A stretch of DNA of 60,939 nucleotides, counting the filler, from Nemertoderma westbladi (taxonomy: Eukaryota > Animalia > Xenacoelomorpha), in the NCBI GenBank assembly GCA_032718475.1. It is 3 parts of 3 records of this genome, joined end to end, with 100 filler letters (N's around TTAATTAATTAA, not from the genome) between each part and the next. Parts side by side here need not be neighbours in the genome. Positions count along the whole stretch, not along the records: positions 21,764 to 51,138 come from JAUCBJ010005465.1; positions 51,239 to 60,939 come from JAUCBJ010003771.1; 1 more part is not named here. One strand, given 5' to 3'. The notes beneath the pieces are model-generated. The model was not told the DNA's origin and did not search any database. It saw only the letters and a list, made by a program, of their open reading frames with translations. Both the position numbers and the translations under genes were made by a program. This document shows positions 49,122 to 60,568 of the stretch, piece after piece; the first letter of the stretch is position 1; the number at the start of each line of letters is the position of its first letter.

Positions 49122-49892
49122 CTATATAAATAATTCAAGTGCAATTAAATCAGGTACGGTGGAATGGAAGGGGTGTTTGTTGGATGATGTATGGGATGCT
49201 GAGTGTTGGGCACTCAGACACTCGTCTCCTACAATGATACACCCCATACCAGCATTAGTGGCACCGAGGCAATCGGTATTCACCTCGTTACCGATATGTA
49301 TTGCGTTCAGGGGATTAACATTGCCTAGTTTAGTAAGTGTGCTAAGGAATATACCCCTATCTGGTTTAAGTGCACCATATTCTACAGATGTTAACACACA
49401 TCTGAAGAAATCGTTTATACCTAAATGGGAGAGTACCGAGCTAGTCCGTTCGTCTGAGTTGGAGACGACCGCTAAGGGAATGTTTGCGTCCTTCAGCAAT
49501 CCTAACAATCGACGACAACCGGGAATAAGTTCCCAATGCTTGTCCGTAGAGAACTCGTAGTACAGTTGGGTTGCAGTTCGGCTAACGGCGGCATTGTCAT
49601 CCGCTCCCGAATCTATTAACGTTCTCCTAACGAGTGTGTCCCACCAACCCTCACCACTGTCATAATCCTTGAGATGATGGCCAAAGTTCGGCGATTCTGC
49701 GCTGAGAATCTTAAAGTTTCGCGCAAAATTGAGAGAAACTGTCTTTTCGTTTGCGTTTAGGCGAATACCATTTGATTTAGCAGCGTTCGCGTAGCTTTCG
49801 CCAACACTACAACGCAGATTAACCAAAGTTCCACCGAAGTCGAATGTTACCGCTTTAATATTTCGATGAGAGAAGCCGATAATAGTTTTCAT
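49122..49892 (-). CDS. HDHD3: HAD-superfamily hydrolase, HDHD3/REG-2-like, single exon (256 aa from first ATG)
   Basis: Motif I VTFDFGGTL followed by SVGESYA, PNFG, WW..LV, motif II VVSNSDER, motif III KPDRGIF and motif IV HIGNEVNTDCLGA..AGM. Confidence 0.85.
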   Translation of the reverse strand: MKTIIGFSHRNIKAVTFDFGGTLVNLRCSVGESYANAAKSNGIRLNANEKTVSLNFARNFKILSAESPNFGHHLKDYDSGEGWWDTLVRRTLIDSGADDNAAVSRTATQLYYEFSTDKHWELIPGCRRLLGLLKDANIPLAVVSNSDERTSSVLSHLGINDFFRCVLTSVEYGALKPDRGIFLSTLTKLGNVNPLNAIHIGNEVNTDCLGATNAGMGCIIVGDECLSAQHSASHTSSNKHPFHSTVPDLIALELFI

Positions 49893-49969
49893 TTTAAGCT
49901 CCACTCGTTCAAAATATTCACCAGTTTAAGGCTTTAAGCCTACTGTATTCCGAACGATAACGAATAAAC

Positions 49970-50315
49970 GATAACATTACCAATTGAGGGAAAGGAGCAG
50001 GTTAAAGAGGCGGGCCTTTCTAACCAAAACAATAAACGATCACTTTACCAAATCAGGGAAAGGAGCAGGTTACAGAGGCGGGATTTTCTAACCAAAACAA
50101 TAAACGATCACTTAACTAATTGAGAGAAAGGAGCAGGTTACAGAGGCGGGATTTTCTAACCAAAACAATAAATGATCACTTTACCAAATGAAGGAAAGGA
50201 GCAGCGAGCAGGTTACAGAGGTGGGCCTTTCTAACCAAACAATAAACGGTCACTTTACCAAATCAGGGAAAGGAGCATGTTACAGAGGCGGGATTTTCTA
50301 ACCAAAACAATAAAC
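49970..50315. repeat. About 68-bp tandem repeat, 5 copies, immediately upstream of HDHD3
   Basis: CACTTTACCAAATCAGGGAAAGGAGCAGGTTACAGAGGCGGGATTTTCTAACCAAAACAATAAACGAT-like units. Confidence 0.85.
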
Positions 50316-50999
50316 TATGTAAAAACGGTACTAAATTCTGAAATTACCGTAATTAATAAATGACCTTTATCATTATTATATTATGTGGGTGGAGACCCGC
50401 TGTCATAGAAGCGTATAAACAAAACTGCACATAACAAAACAGGAGAAAGTTGAACAGTGAATAAAACAAAACGACTTATACTATCGACTACTTTATCACA
50501 ATTCAGCAATTACAGTAGGCCTATCATATTTACAACTGTACATATCACAGAATCAGTGAGTCAGTACCTATAATGCTGTAATGTAGTATAATACAGTCAG
50601 ACAGTATAATTATTTCTAAGGCATATGCTGCAATACAATGCAATACTGCAAAATAGTGCTCTATATATACTAATACCGGTCCGGTACTTATAGCCTAAGA
50701 GAACAGCAGTAGAGAAACCGGTAGCAAGGACCCTAACGGTAGATTTCTGGAGGACATAAAAAGTAAAAAAAAAGGACAAAAAAAGGATTTAAACGGACAA
50801 GAAAAATTATTGCGATAATTTGTACTGGAAAGGGTGGCAGATTAGATCTGCCACCTATATTTTAGCGGTAAATTCAAATCTGTTTTAACATTGAATACAT
50901 GAATAGAGTAAGACTTAAAATGTAATTCATTGAATCAGAATAAATTATTTCTTATCGGTTTAACTCACTCATCCGTTATTGTTGTTGTTTTATCTATTC

Positions 51000-51138
51000 T
51001 GGACTTCGAGCAGCACGTGATCACGTGAACAACTAAGCTGACTGGTTAACTAGTCTTGGTCTTCGAGCAGCACGTGAACAACTATGCTTACTGGTTAACT
51101 AGTCTGGGACTTCGAGCAGCACGTGAACAACTAAACTG
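51000..51138. repeat. About 50-bp tandem repeat, 3 copies, running into the gap
   Basis: CTTCGAGCAGCACGTGAACAACTA(A/T)GCT(G/T)ACTGGTTAACTAGTCT units. Confidence 0.8.
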
Positions 51139-51238
51139 NNNNNNNNNNNNNNNNNNNNNNNNNNNNNNNNNNNNNNNNNNNNTTAATTAATTAANNNNNN
51201 NNNNNNNNNNNNNNNNNNNNNNNNNNNNNNNNNNNNNN
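51139..51238. other. Artificial contig spacer N44-TTAATTAATTAA-N44
   Basis: Identical to 21664-21763. Confidence 0.95.
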
Positions 51239-51326
51239 TTATATATATATTAATATAATAAGTAATACCAGTTTATCTTTATACATAATTATCAGTACAA
51301 TAAACAGATAAATTATTACCGTACAG

Positions 51327-51518
51327 ATCGCAGGAATACGGATGTTAGACCAACCCTATATGACGGATTACATCGAGGCTGCTTCGATGGGACACGCGCC
51401 CGATCTAATAGACATTTATAGTGCGAGTTGGGGGCCGACAGACGATGGTAAAACCGTGGATGGACCCAGAGAGAAAACCGTTGCGAAGATGGCCTACGGG
51501 GTCAACAAAGGAAGAAAG
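51327..51518 (+). CDS. PCSK2: Prohormone convertase 2, exon (5' part of gene is outside this contig)
   Basis: tacag|IAGIRMLDQPYMTDYIEAASMGHAPDLIDIYSASWGPTDDGKTVDGPREKTVAKMAYGVNKGRK|gtaggc. An alternative acceptor at 51334 is possible. Confidence 0.92.
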
Positions 51519-52162
51519 GTAGGCCTGCTTGTTATTGTTGATAAATTTGTATACTTACGCCCACACTACTCGGGGCAAATAGTTTCATATACAGTATTAA
51601 TTCAAATTAACAACTTTGAAAGGGAATTACGGGAATATCAAATAGAGATAATAATAAAGTATATTATATTCTTTCTTTATTCATCGGGAAAAAGAGAAAA
51701 AAGGAAAAAAAAACAGCGAAAGTAAATAAGAGCAATAAAAGCTAGGTTAGTGGATGAATTCTTGTAAATAATTAGAAATACTATAAATCCGCGATTTTAA
51801 CTTTAGAAATTTTTACTACTGTAAATACGTGATTTTCTAGTTATTGTAAATTTGACCATCTCATTATTCTTTTAATTATAATTGTTTAAGACGAGTGCTC
51901 AAGTAATTGTACTGTATATCCCAATCGGCCAGCAATGCGCCCCGTTGTTGTATATTTTTTTCCCCGGAGACTATAACGTTCAGTTATAGTCAGTAATTAA
52001 TTATTATTGCAGAATTGTAGATTTTTTTTGTGGTCATTTTTTTCAATAATATATTGTATATATTAACGGATGTACTGTATTAATGTATTTGAAGTGAATT
52101 AGGCTTATTTTGATGAATAAATATTATATTTAGAATAAAAATTAATATTTTATTTAGAGACG

Positions 52163-55100
52163 CACAACTTTACTGTTGTTTTATTTACCTTAGGATAAGG
52201 GGAACATTTACTGTTGTTTTATTTACCTTCTAGGGCAAGGACAACATTTTCTGTTGTTTTATTTACCTTCTAGGGTAAGGACAACATTTACTGTTGTTTT
52301 ATTTACTTTCTAGGGCAAGGACAACATTTTCTGTTGTTTTATTTACCTTCTAGGGCAAGGACAACATTTACTGTTGTTTTATTTACCTTCTAGGGCAAGG
52401 ACAACATTTACTGTTGTTTTATTTACCTTCTAGGGTATGGACAACATTTAATGTTGTTTTATTTACCTTCTAGGGTAAGGACAACATTTACTGTTGTTTT
52501 ATTTACCTTCTAGGGCAAGGACAACATTTTCTGTTGTTTTATTTACCTTCTAGGGCAAGGACAACATTTACGGTATTTACCCTCTAGGGTAAGGACAACA
52601 TTTACTGTTGTTTTATTTACCTTCTAGGGCAAGGACAACATTTACTGTTGTTTTATTTACCTTCTAGGGTAAGGACAACATTTACTGTTGTTTTATTTAC
52701 CTTCTAGGGCAAGGACAACATTTTCTGTTGTTTTATTTACCTTCTAGGGCAAGGACAACATTTACGGTATTTACCCTCTAGGGTAAGGACAACATTTACT
52801 GTTGTTTTATTTACCTTCTAGGGTATGGACAACATTTAATGTTGTTTTATTTACCTTCTAGGGTAAGGATAACATTTACCTTTGTTTTTTTTATCTTCTA
52901 GGGTAAGGACAACATTTACTTTTGTTTTATTTACCTTAAGGTAATGGGAATATTTACTGTTGTTTTATTTACCTTCGAGGGTAAGGACAACATTTACTGT
53001 TGTTTTATTTACCTTCTAGGGTAAGGACAACATTTACTGTTTTTTTATTTACCTTCTAGGGTAAGGACAACATTTACTGTTGTTTTATTTACCTTCTAGG
53101 GTAAGGACAACATTTACTGTTGTTTTTTTTATCTTCTAGGGTAAGGACAACATTTACTGTTGTTTTATTTTCCTTCTACGATAAGGACAACATTTACTGT
53201 TGTTTTATTTACCTTCTAGGGCAAGGACAACATTTACTGTTGTTTTATTTACCTTCTAGGGTAAGGATAACATTTACTGTTTTTTTTTATCTACTAGGGA
53301 CAAGGACAACATTTACTTTTGTTTTATTTACCTTAGGTTATGGACAACATTTACTGTTGTTTTATTCACCTTCTAGGACAAGGACAACATTTACTGTTGT
53401 TTTATTTACCTTCTAGGGCAAGGACAACATTTACTGTTGTTTTCTTTATTTCTTTAACTTATAGGGTAAGGACAACATTTACTGTTGTTTTATTTACCTT
53501 AGGGTAACGGAAACATTTACTGTTGTTTTATTTACCTTCTAGGGCAAGGACAACATTTACTGTTGTTTTATTTACATTCTAGGGCAAGGACAACATTTAC
53601 TGTTGTTTTATTTACCTTCTAGGGTAATGATAACATTTACTGTTGTTTTTTTTATTTTCTAGGGTAAGGACAACATTTACTGTTGTTTTATTTTCCTTCT
53701 AGAATAAGGACAACATTTACTGTTGTTTTATTTACCTTCTAGGGCAAGGACAACATTTCCTGTTGTTTTATTTACCTTAGTGTAAGGGGAACATTTACTG
53801 TTGTTTTATTTACCTTCTAGGGCAAGGACAACATTTTCTGTTGTTTTATTTACCTTCTAGGGCAAGGACAAAATTTACTGTTGTTTTATTTATCTTCTAG
53901 GGTAAGGACAACATTTACTGTTGTATTTTTATCTTCTAGGGTAATGACAACATTTACTTTTGTTTTATTTACCTTCTAGGGTAAGGACAACATTTACTGT
54001 TGTTTTATTTATCTTCTAGGGTAAGGACAACATTTACTGTTGTTTTATTTATCTTCTAGGGTAAGGACAACATTTACTGTTGTTTTTTTTATCTTCTAGG
54101 GTAATGACAACATTTACTTTTGTTTTATTTACCTTCTAGGGTAAGGACAACATTTACTGTTTTTTTTTATCTTCTAAGGTAATGATAATATTTACTGTTG
54201 TTTTATTTACCTTCTAGTGTATGGACAACATTTACTGTTGTTTTATTTACCTTCTAGGGTAAGGACAACATTTACTGTTGTTTTATTTACCTTCTAGGGC
54301 AAGGACAACATTTACTGTTGTTTTATTTGCCTTCTAGGGCAAGGACAACATTTACTGTTGTTTTATTTACCCTCTAGGGTAAGGACAACATTTACTGTTG
54401 TTTTATTTACCTTCTAGGGAAAGGACAACATTTTCTGTTGATTTATTTACCTTCTAGGGTAATGACAATATTTACTGTTGTTTGATTTACTCTCTAGGGT
54501 AAGGACAACATTTACTGTTGTTTTATTTACCCTCTAGGGTAAGGACAACATTTACTGTTGTTTTATTTACCTTCTAGGGTAATGACAACATTTACTGTTG
54601 TTTTATTTGCCTTCTAGGGCAAGGACAACATTACTGTCGTTTTATTTACCTTCTAGGGAAAGGACAACATTTTCTGTTGATTTATTTACCTTCTAGGGTA
54701 ATGACAACATTTACTGTTATTTTATTTGCCTTCTAGGGCAAGGACAGCATTTACTGTTGTTTTATTTACCCTCTAGGGTAAGGACAACATTTACTGTTGT
54801 TTTATTTACCTTCTAGGGAAAGGAGAACATTTTCTGTTGTTTTATTTACCTTCTAGGGTAAGAACAACATTTTCTGTTGATTTATTTATCTTCTAGGGTA
54901 AGGACAACATTTACTGTTGTTTTATTTACCTTCTTGGGTAAGGACAACATTTACTGTTGTATTATTTACCTTCTAGGGTATGGACAACATTTACTGTTCT
55001 TTTACTTACCTTCTAGGGTAAGGACAACATTTACAGTTGTTTTATTTACCTTCTAGGGCAAGGACAACATTTACTGTTGTTTTATTTACCTGCTAGGGTA

Positions 55101-55774
55101 TGGACACCATTTACTGTTGTTTTATTTACCTTCTGCTGGGTAATGACAACATTTACAGTTGTTTTATTTACCTTCTAGGGCAAGGACAACATTTACTGTT
55201 GTTTTATTTACCTGCTAGGGTATGGACAACATTTACTGTTGTTTTATTTACCTTCTAGGGTAAGGACAACATTTACTGTTGTTTTATTTACCTTCTAGGG
55301 CAAGGACAACATTTACTGTTGTTTTATTTACCTGCTAGGGTATGGACAACATTTACTGTTGTTTTATTTACCTTCTGCTGGGTAATGACAACATTTACAG
55401 TTGTTTTATTTACCTTCTAGGGCAAGGACAACATTTACTGTTGTTTTATTTACCTGCTAGGGTATGGACAACATTTACTGTTGTTTTATTTACCTTCTAG
55501 GGAAAGGACAACATTTACTGTTGTTTTATTTACCTTCTAGGGTAAGGACAACATTTACTGTTGTTTTATTTACCTTCTAGGGTAAGGACAACATTTACTG
55601 TTGTTTTATTTACCTCTAGGGTAAGGACAACATTTACTGTTGTTTTATTTACCTTCTAGGGCAAGGACAACATTTACTGATGTTTTATTTATCTTTTAGG
55701 GTAAGGACAACATTTACTGTTGTTTTATTTACCTTGTGTGGTTTTATTTACCTTAGGGTAAGGGGAACATTTAC
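52163..55774 (+). repeat. 40-bp tandem array (about 90 copies) of the PC2 3' splice site plus exon start
   Basis: Unit TGTTGTTTTATTTACCTTCTAG|GG(T/C)AAGGACAACATTTAC. The last copy is the real acceptor ccttag|GGTAAGGGGAACATTTACGTTTGG (GKGNIYVW). Confidence 0.96.
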
Positions 55775-55952
55775 GTTTGGGCCTCTGGCGACGGAGGTAA
55801 AGAGGACGACTGTAATTGCGACGGCTACGCTAGTTCCATGTGGACCATATCGATAAACTCGGCGATTAATGACGGACGTACCGCTCTATATGACGAGAGT
55901 TGCTCCTCTACTCTCGCTTCTACATTCAGCAATGGAAGAAGTCTGGACCCCG
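55757..55952 (+). CDS. PCSK2: Prohormone convertase 2, exon with oxyanion-hole Asp
   Basis: [71 protein letters not shown] is PC2-diagnostic. Donor is G|gttcgt. Confidence 0.95.
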
Positions 55953-56119
55953 GTTCGTTTAGTATTATATTAAAAAATAAATTAAATAATAATTCCTTAT
56001 TTTCTATTTTGATTATGCACCCCCAGTCCGGGTAAATCGTCAATAGTATAAAATATACTTAATTTAATTCTTAAAATAATAAAATAATATATGAATTAGC
56101 TTTCTGAAATACAATACAT

Positions 56120-56940
56120 AAGTATTGAATGAATAATGAATAATGCATGAATAATAAATTCTGAGATTGGAGAGTGGAAAGAGGTAGTTCAACAGTGTTT
56201 GTGATGGAAACCGTGGGATGTAAATCTGGTTATTAAATGTCGGTTGTTCTGGTTACTGTTTTTCCAAGTATTTGACTTGAATGCCGGTCCTTATTGGTAG
56301 AGTTGTTGGTTAACTTGTCGTTGCGATCAGATCGATGTTGTTTGTAGAGTTCTAGAACGTCAGAGTTAAATTGTATGTGGATGTTGAGTAGAATGTCGTT
56401 GATGACGGTTTGTTGGTTAGTTAGTTTAAGAGCAAGAGTGGAGGAAGAGGATATATTATGCAAGTCGAGAAGCCGTTTGATGAAGGTGGTCTTTATTTTG
56501 TCGAGTTCTTTATTTTGGGAAAGATTAACGTATGGTCCGATTTCAGTTAATGCGTATGTGGCAATGGGAGCGATTTTTCATATTAAATAATTTAATTCCA
56601 GTTTTCTACAGATACCAGATGTAAATTTTTCAAAACAGCCGATGGCGGCGTAGGATTTTTTCTATTTTACATTTAGGGTGTTTGGTGAATGTCAAAGTGG
56701 GCTGTAGTGTAAACTGGGGCTGGCTGAAGTTATTGCTTTTCCGTCATAATGAAATTTATCGTAAAGGGCTAGGCGGCCCCCGTTTCGGAATTTAACTATT
56801 TTTGTTTTGATAAGATTTACATGTTTAAATGTTTTGAATTCTGTTTACACCAAATGTGAAGGTTGTCTTGTCCATCCTGGATATCTTTATTGTTTGAAGA
56901 GTGGAAGGTCAGGTCGTCGGCGTAGAATATACTTTTTAGA
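56120..56940 (-). mobile_element. 5'-truncated LINE fragment in PC2 intron
   Basis: The minus strand reads SIFYADDL at about 56910-56935, with a (TTATTCA)n-like tail at about 56125-56155. Confidence 0.6.
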
Positions 56941-57568
56941 AAAGCCAGACCTATTTCCTATTTAAGACACGATTTCATTTTTTACTCTTCCTTTGCTTTC
57001 CTTTCCTTTTAATAAAAGACATGGTGAACCAAAAATATTTTTCTCTGATACTAATTTCGACAATAGTGACATCTGAAAGTCAATAGATCGTAGGTTAGAC
57101 TTCGCAATCAATACGATCTGAAAGTCAATATAACGTAGGTTAGAATACGCAATCAATACGATTTACATCAAAGTAAAGTGACACAGTACCGCCTAGAATA
57201 AATATAGTAGTGTTAATGTTATTAATAAGGTGTTAATGTAAATTTTTATTGGTCGCTATAAATGTTAATTTATAAATAGAACATCCGATTACATATTATA
57301 TATAATATTAAATAGTAATAATAATAGTGTTATGTCTCCATCCATCCAAGGTAAATTGATTGAGCTGAAATATATATCGAGACAGATACTTTAAAATAGA
57401 TATAAAGATATACAGTAGTATAATATTACTTTAAATAAAATCTTGTCAATGTAATACTTTTCTTATTACCCAGCCACTCTACAATGAAATATAGATAGCA
57501 AAGTTAATTAATAGACTGAATTAATTTAAATTCAATAATTTTAAAAATTATAAATTTATATACTATAG

Positions 57569-57753
57569 AGGCGGGAGTCGCTACCACAGATCTCTATGGC
57601 AACTGTACACTGAGACATTCTGGAACGTCAGCTGCTGCCCCTGAAGCAGCCGGTGTGTTTGCTCTGGCCTTGGAAGCCAACAGCGATCTGACATGGAGAG
57701 ATATGCAGCATCTAGTAGTGCTGACCAGCAAGAAGAACGCCCTGTACGACGAG
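57569..57753 (+). CDS. PCSK2: Prohormone convertase 2, exon with catalytic Ser
   Basis: tatag|(E)[61 protein letters not shown]|gtatgt. Confidence 0.95.
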
Positions 57754-57864
57754 GTATGTATAGGATTCAGTGGGAATATCTGAGATTAAGTTTTATTTAA
57801 TAAATTACTAATATTCTAATGAACTATTTTGTTTCTTAATTAGCCACATTGTTGTATTAGCAAC

Positions 57865-58552
57865 AATGTGTCAAGTACAATACACACATCTTCAAACAGA
57901 CGCTATAACATTGGAGGTGTCCCATTGGTTCCCCAAACCTGACATTAGAACGAAGTCGCCTTCTCTTTGCAGGACATTGTTTTCTCCATGACTCCCTCCC
58001 CCCCCCCCCCCCCCCCCCCATCTACTCTTTAGGTGGACGATGGCTTCGACTAGCTTTGCTTCCGCCGTCCCGTCAGCCATACCATCTACCGATAAATAAT
58101 TTAATAATTTGCGACACCCACTATTTATATTAGAACTTTAACATATTCATTATATGTAATATACTTATAATTTAGAGGTGCAATTATATTACATAATTAT
58201 CGGTTACATAATTTATATGTAAATATTGAAAATATACTGTGATTATGATGATGATTTCTTTCCATGGGGACCAGCACAATCTTAAGCTTTGGCAGCCCCA
58301 TGGAGAAAATAAGTGTGGTGAGGATAGCCCATGACTTTCGTGAGACGCCTACTAAAAGAAACTGGCCTTGAAGATGCGGATAATATCGCGAAAGTCATGG
58401 GGGTTAAGGAGTTGTGGCGGTACAACTTTGTTGATAAGCCAGCATAGCATTCTTAATACACGCTGCATTGGGCTTGCCAATTGTGGATGGCATGGTATTG
58501 GTTATTGTTAAGCCAGCATATCAATGCAGCAGGCCGATTATAGTAGTAGTAA
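57865..58552 (+). mobile_element. RTE LINE 3' fragment (same family as 45440-46302), interrupted by a 270-bp insert
   Basis: Shares GTGTCAAGTACAAT, TTTGCAGGACATTG, TGGCCTTGAAGATGCGGAT and the (TAG)n tail with the 45.9-46.3 kb copy. Confidence 0.75.
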
Positions 58553-58713
58553 TATTGTAAATTGTGGGACGAAATAATCCATAAGCGCTCTGTAAACCTA
58601 CATTGCCGTATTTATATAAGATCTGGTAAGGATTATAATATTATATTAGGCATTATATTTTATATATTATTGTAAATTTTTTTAATATTATATGTGCCCT
58701 CGAATGTTCACAG

Positions 58714-58832
58714 GTTCACCGTTGGAGGCGTAACGGTGTAGGTTTGGAATTTAACCATCTTTTTGGTTATGGAGTTCTAGATGCCGGTGCTATGGTGCGA
58801 ATGGCCAAGACGTGGAAAACAGTTCCAGAAAG
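58714..58832 (+). CDS. PCSK2: Prohormone convertase 2, exon
   Basis: cacag|VHRWRRNGVGLEFNHLFGYGVLDAGAMVRMAKTWKTVPER|gtaagt (phase 2). Confidence 0.95.
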
Positions 58833-59105
58833 GTAAGTTTAATATTCCGTCAAACTACAGTAGTATTACAGAGAAATAAACTAGTGTTGAAAGTTATATT
58901 AGTTACAAATTACCGTTTAATGTTATATTAACAAGTCAATAATTGTATAAAATACGGACATTGAAGGCTTTGATAGTCAAGACATTTATTTATAACCTTT
59001 CTGCTGGAATATGGCAAGCAGACAGAAGATTTCCATAATAGCTATTTCAGTAGTGGATCGAATAATATTAAGGATCAAAGATTTCAAAGATAACCACTAA
59101 TTTGA

Positions 59106-59314
59106 GGGTGTAAACGCGATTCCGAAAACTGACAACCAACACCGACAACCATGATTCATGCTAATCATCAAGTGAGAGAAAGGAACAGGTTACAGTGGAA
59201 GGTTATTCTAATCAAAACAATAAACGAGAGTCACGAACTCACGTTACATTTTCATATTTCCCGTTGTCGGCAGTGGTTGTCGGCTGTTGGTTGTCGTCGT
59301 AGCGTTTACACACC
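59106..59314. mobile_element. MITE-like element with terminal inverted repeats in PC2 intron
   Basis: GGTGTAAACGC...ACAACCAACACCGACAACC pairs with GGTTGTCGGCTGTTGGTTGT...GCGTTTACAC. Its interior resembles the 68-bp HDHD3-upstream unit. Confidence 0.6.
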
Positions 59315-59397
59315 TAGTGTGAGACTAGTGGAAGTGATTCCAAACAATTTCTTTATCCAGATCAGTTACATAAAAAACGGTATTTTATCTCTCTCAG

Positions 59398-59592
59398 ATT
59401 TCATTGTGTCGGGGGCACAACATCCCAACCATACAAGATACCACCGGGGGGTAAGGGACTGCTACGCATAAAACTGCTCGCGCACGCGTGCGAAGGCGAA
59501 TCTAACTTCGTGAGATATATTGAACACGTTCAGGCATTCATTACCCTGAACACTAAGCCAAGGAGGGGAGAACTTACCATAAATATGACAAG
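59398..59592 (+). CDS. PCSK2: Prohormone convertase 2, exon (P-domain start)
   Basis: ctcag|FHCVGGTTSQPYKIPPGGKGLLRIKLLAHACEGESNFVRYIEHVQAFITLNTKPRRGELTINMT(S)|gtaagt. Confidence 0.93.
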
Positions 59593-59884
59593 GTAAGTAT
59601 AGTCTAATTTAATAACATGTAGTTTGTACGTTAATTTAGTGGTTGGTTATTACACCAAAAATATTGATGGTAAATTCCTCGGTTCCATTTAGAAACCACC
59701 TATACCCCATTTTTGCCGAAATTGTTGAAATTGCTACATTCCATTATGTTAAAATGTATTCTGAATCTGATTAACACACTTAGAAGGCCACACTCCCACT
59801 TATAACTGAGATATTTATCGTTTCAAAACCACCTATATACCAATTTTGCACTCTTAATTATTATCAATTATCGCGAATTTTCAG

Positions 59885-60062
59885 TCCTATGGGAACCAAA
59901 TCGATATTACTGGCACCGCGACCTCGGGACGATGACCACCAATTGGGGTTCGATCAGTGGCCCTTCATGACGACCCACGCCTGGGGAGAAGACCCGCGTG
60001 GCGATTGGATACTCGATGTCGGCCACATAAAGGGAGAAAAAGCGCAACACGGGATAATAAAG
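59885..60062 (+). CDS. PCSK2: Prohormone convertase 2, exon (P-domain)
   Basis: ttcag|PMGTKSILLAPRPRDDDHQLGFDQWPFMTTHAWGEDPRGDWILDVGHIKGEKAQHGIIK|gttagt. Confidence 0.95.
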
Positions 60063-60409
60063 GTTAGTGGAGCGCTGTGAAACACACGTTGGGGGGATTT
60101 CGTATTGATGAAGTGTGTGAATCTAAACATTGAGAGTCGAAGTGCGAAAAATGTGGTAAACTTTTTTTGTGTTGGGCGAAAACCCTTCTGTGTGAAATGA
60201 GATGATTTTCTTATAAAAATTTTAAATTATTTTAAATTAAACCAAATTTCATTAAATTTGGCAGTGCCTTTACCGAGATATTTGAAGCTATTACTTTTTC
60301 CCTTAATAAGCTAACTGTAATGACCTCTGTCTTGCGCAACACATTCAATATTATAATTGTCTTTCGCTTATCTTTTAATGACTTTGATCCATCTCGGTCA
60401 TCCATCTAG

Positions 60410-60568
60410 GAATGGAAATTAGTTCTCCACGGCACCGCTGAAGCGCCATACATCGATCAAATGGTAAACGATTGGAAGCAACAACAGAAACTCGTCACAC
60501 AGAAAAAGAACCAACTAGAGAGCTCCATCGCTGATATCATAAAGGACGAAGGGGGACCACATGGTTGA
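60410..60568 (+). CDS. PCSK2: Prohormone convertase 2, terminal exon
   Basis: tctag|EWKLVLHGTAEAPYIDQMVNDWKQQQKLVTQKKNQLESSIADIIKDEGGPHG*. Confidence 0.92.
   Translation, partial: EWKLVLHGTAEAPYIDQMVNDWKQQQKLVTQKKNQLESSIADIIKDEGGPHG

Noticed and set aside
7064-55774. CRISPR-like arrays of 27-49 bp repeats
   Set aside because: Units are head-to-tail with no unique spacers, there are no cas genes, and the context is eukaryotic with spliceosomal introns.
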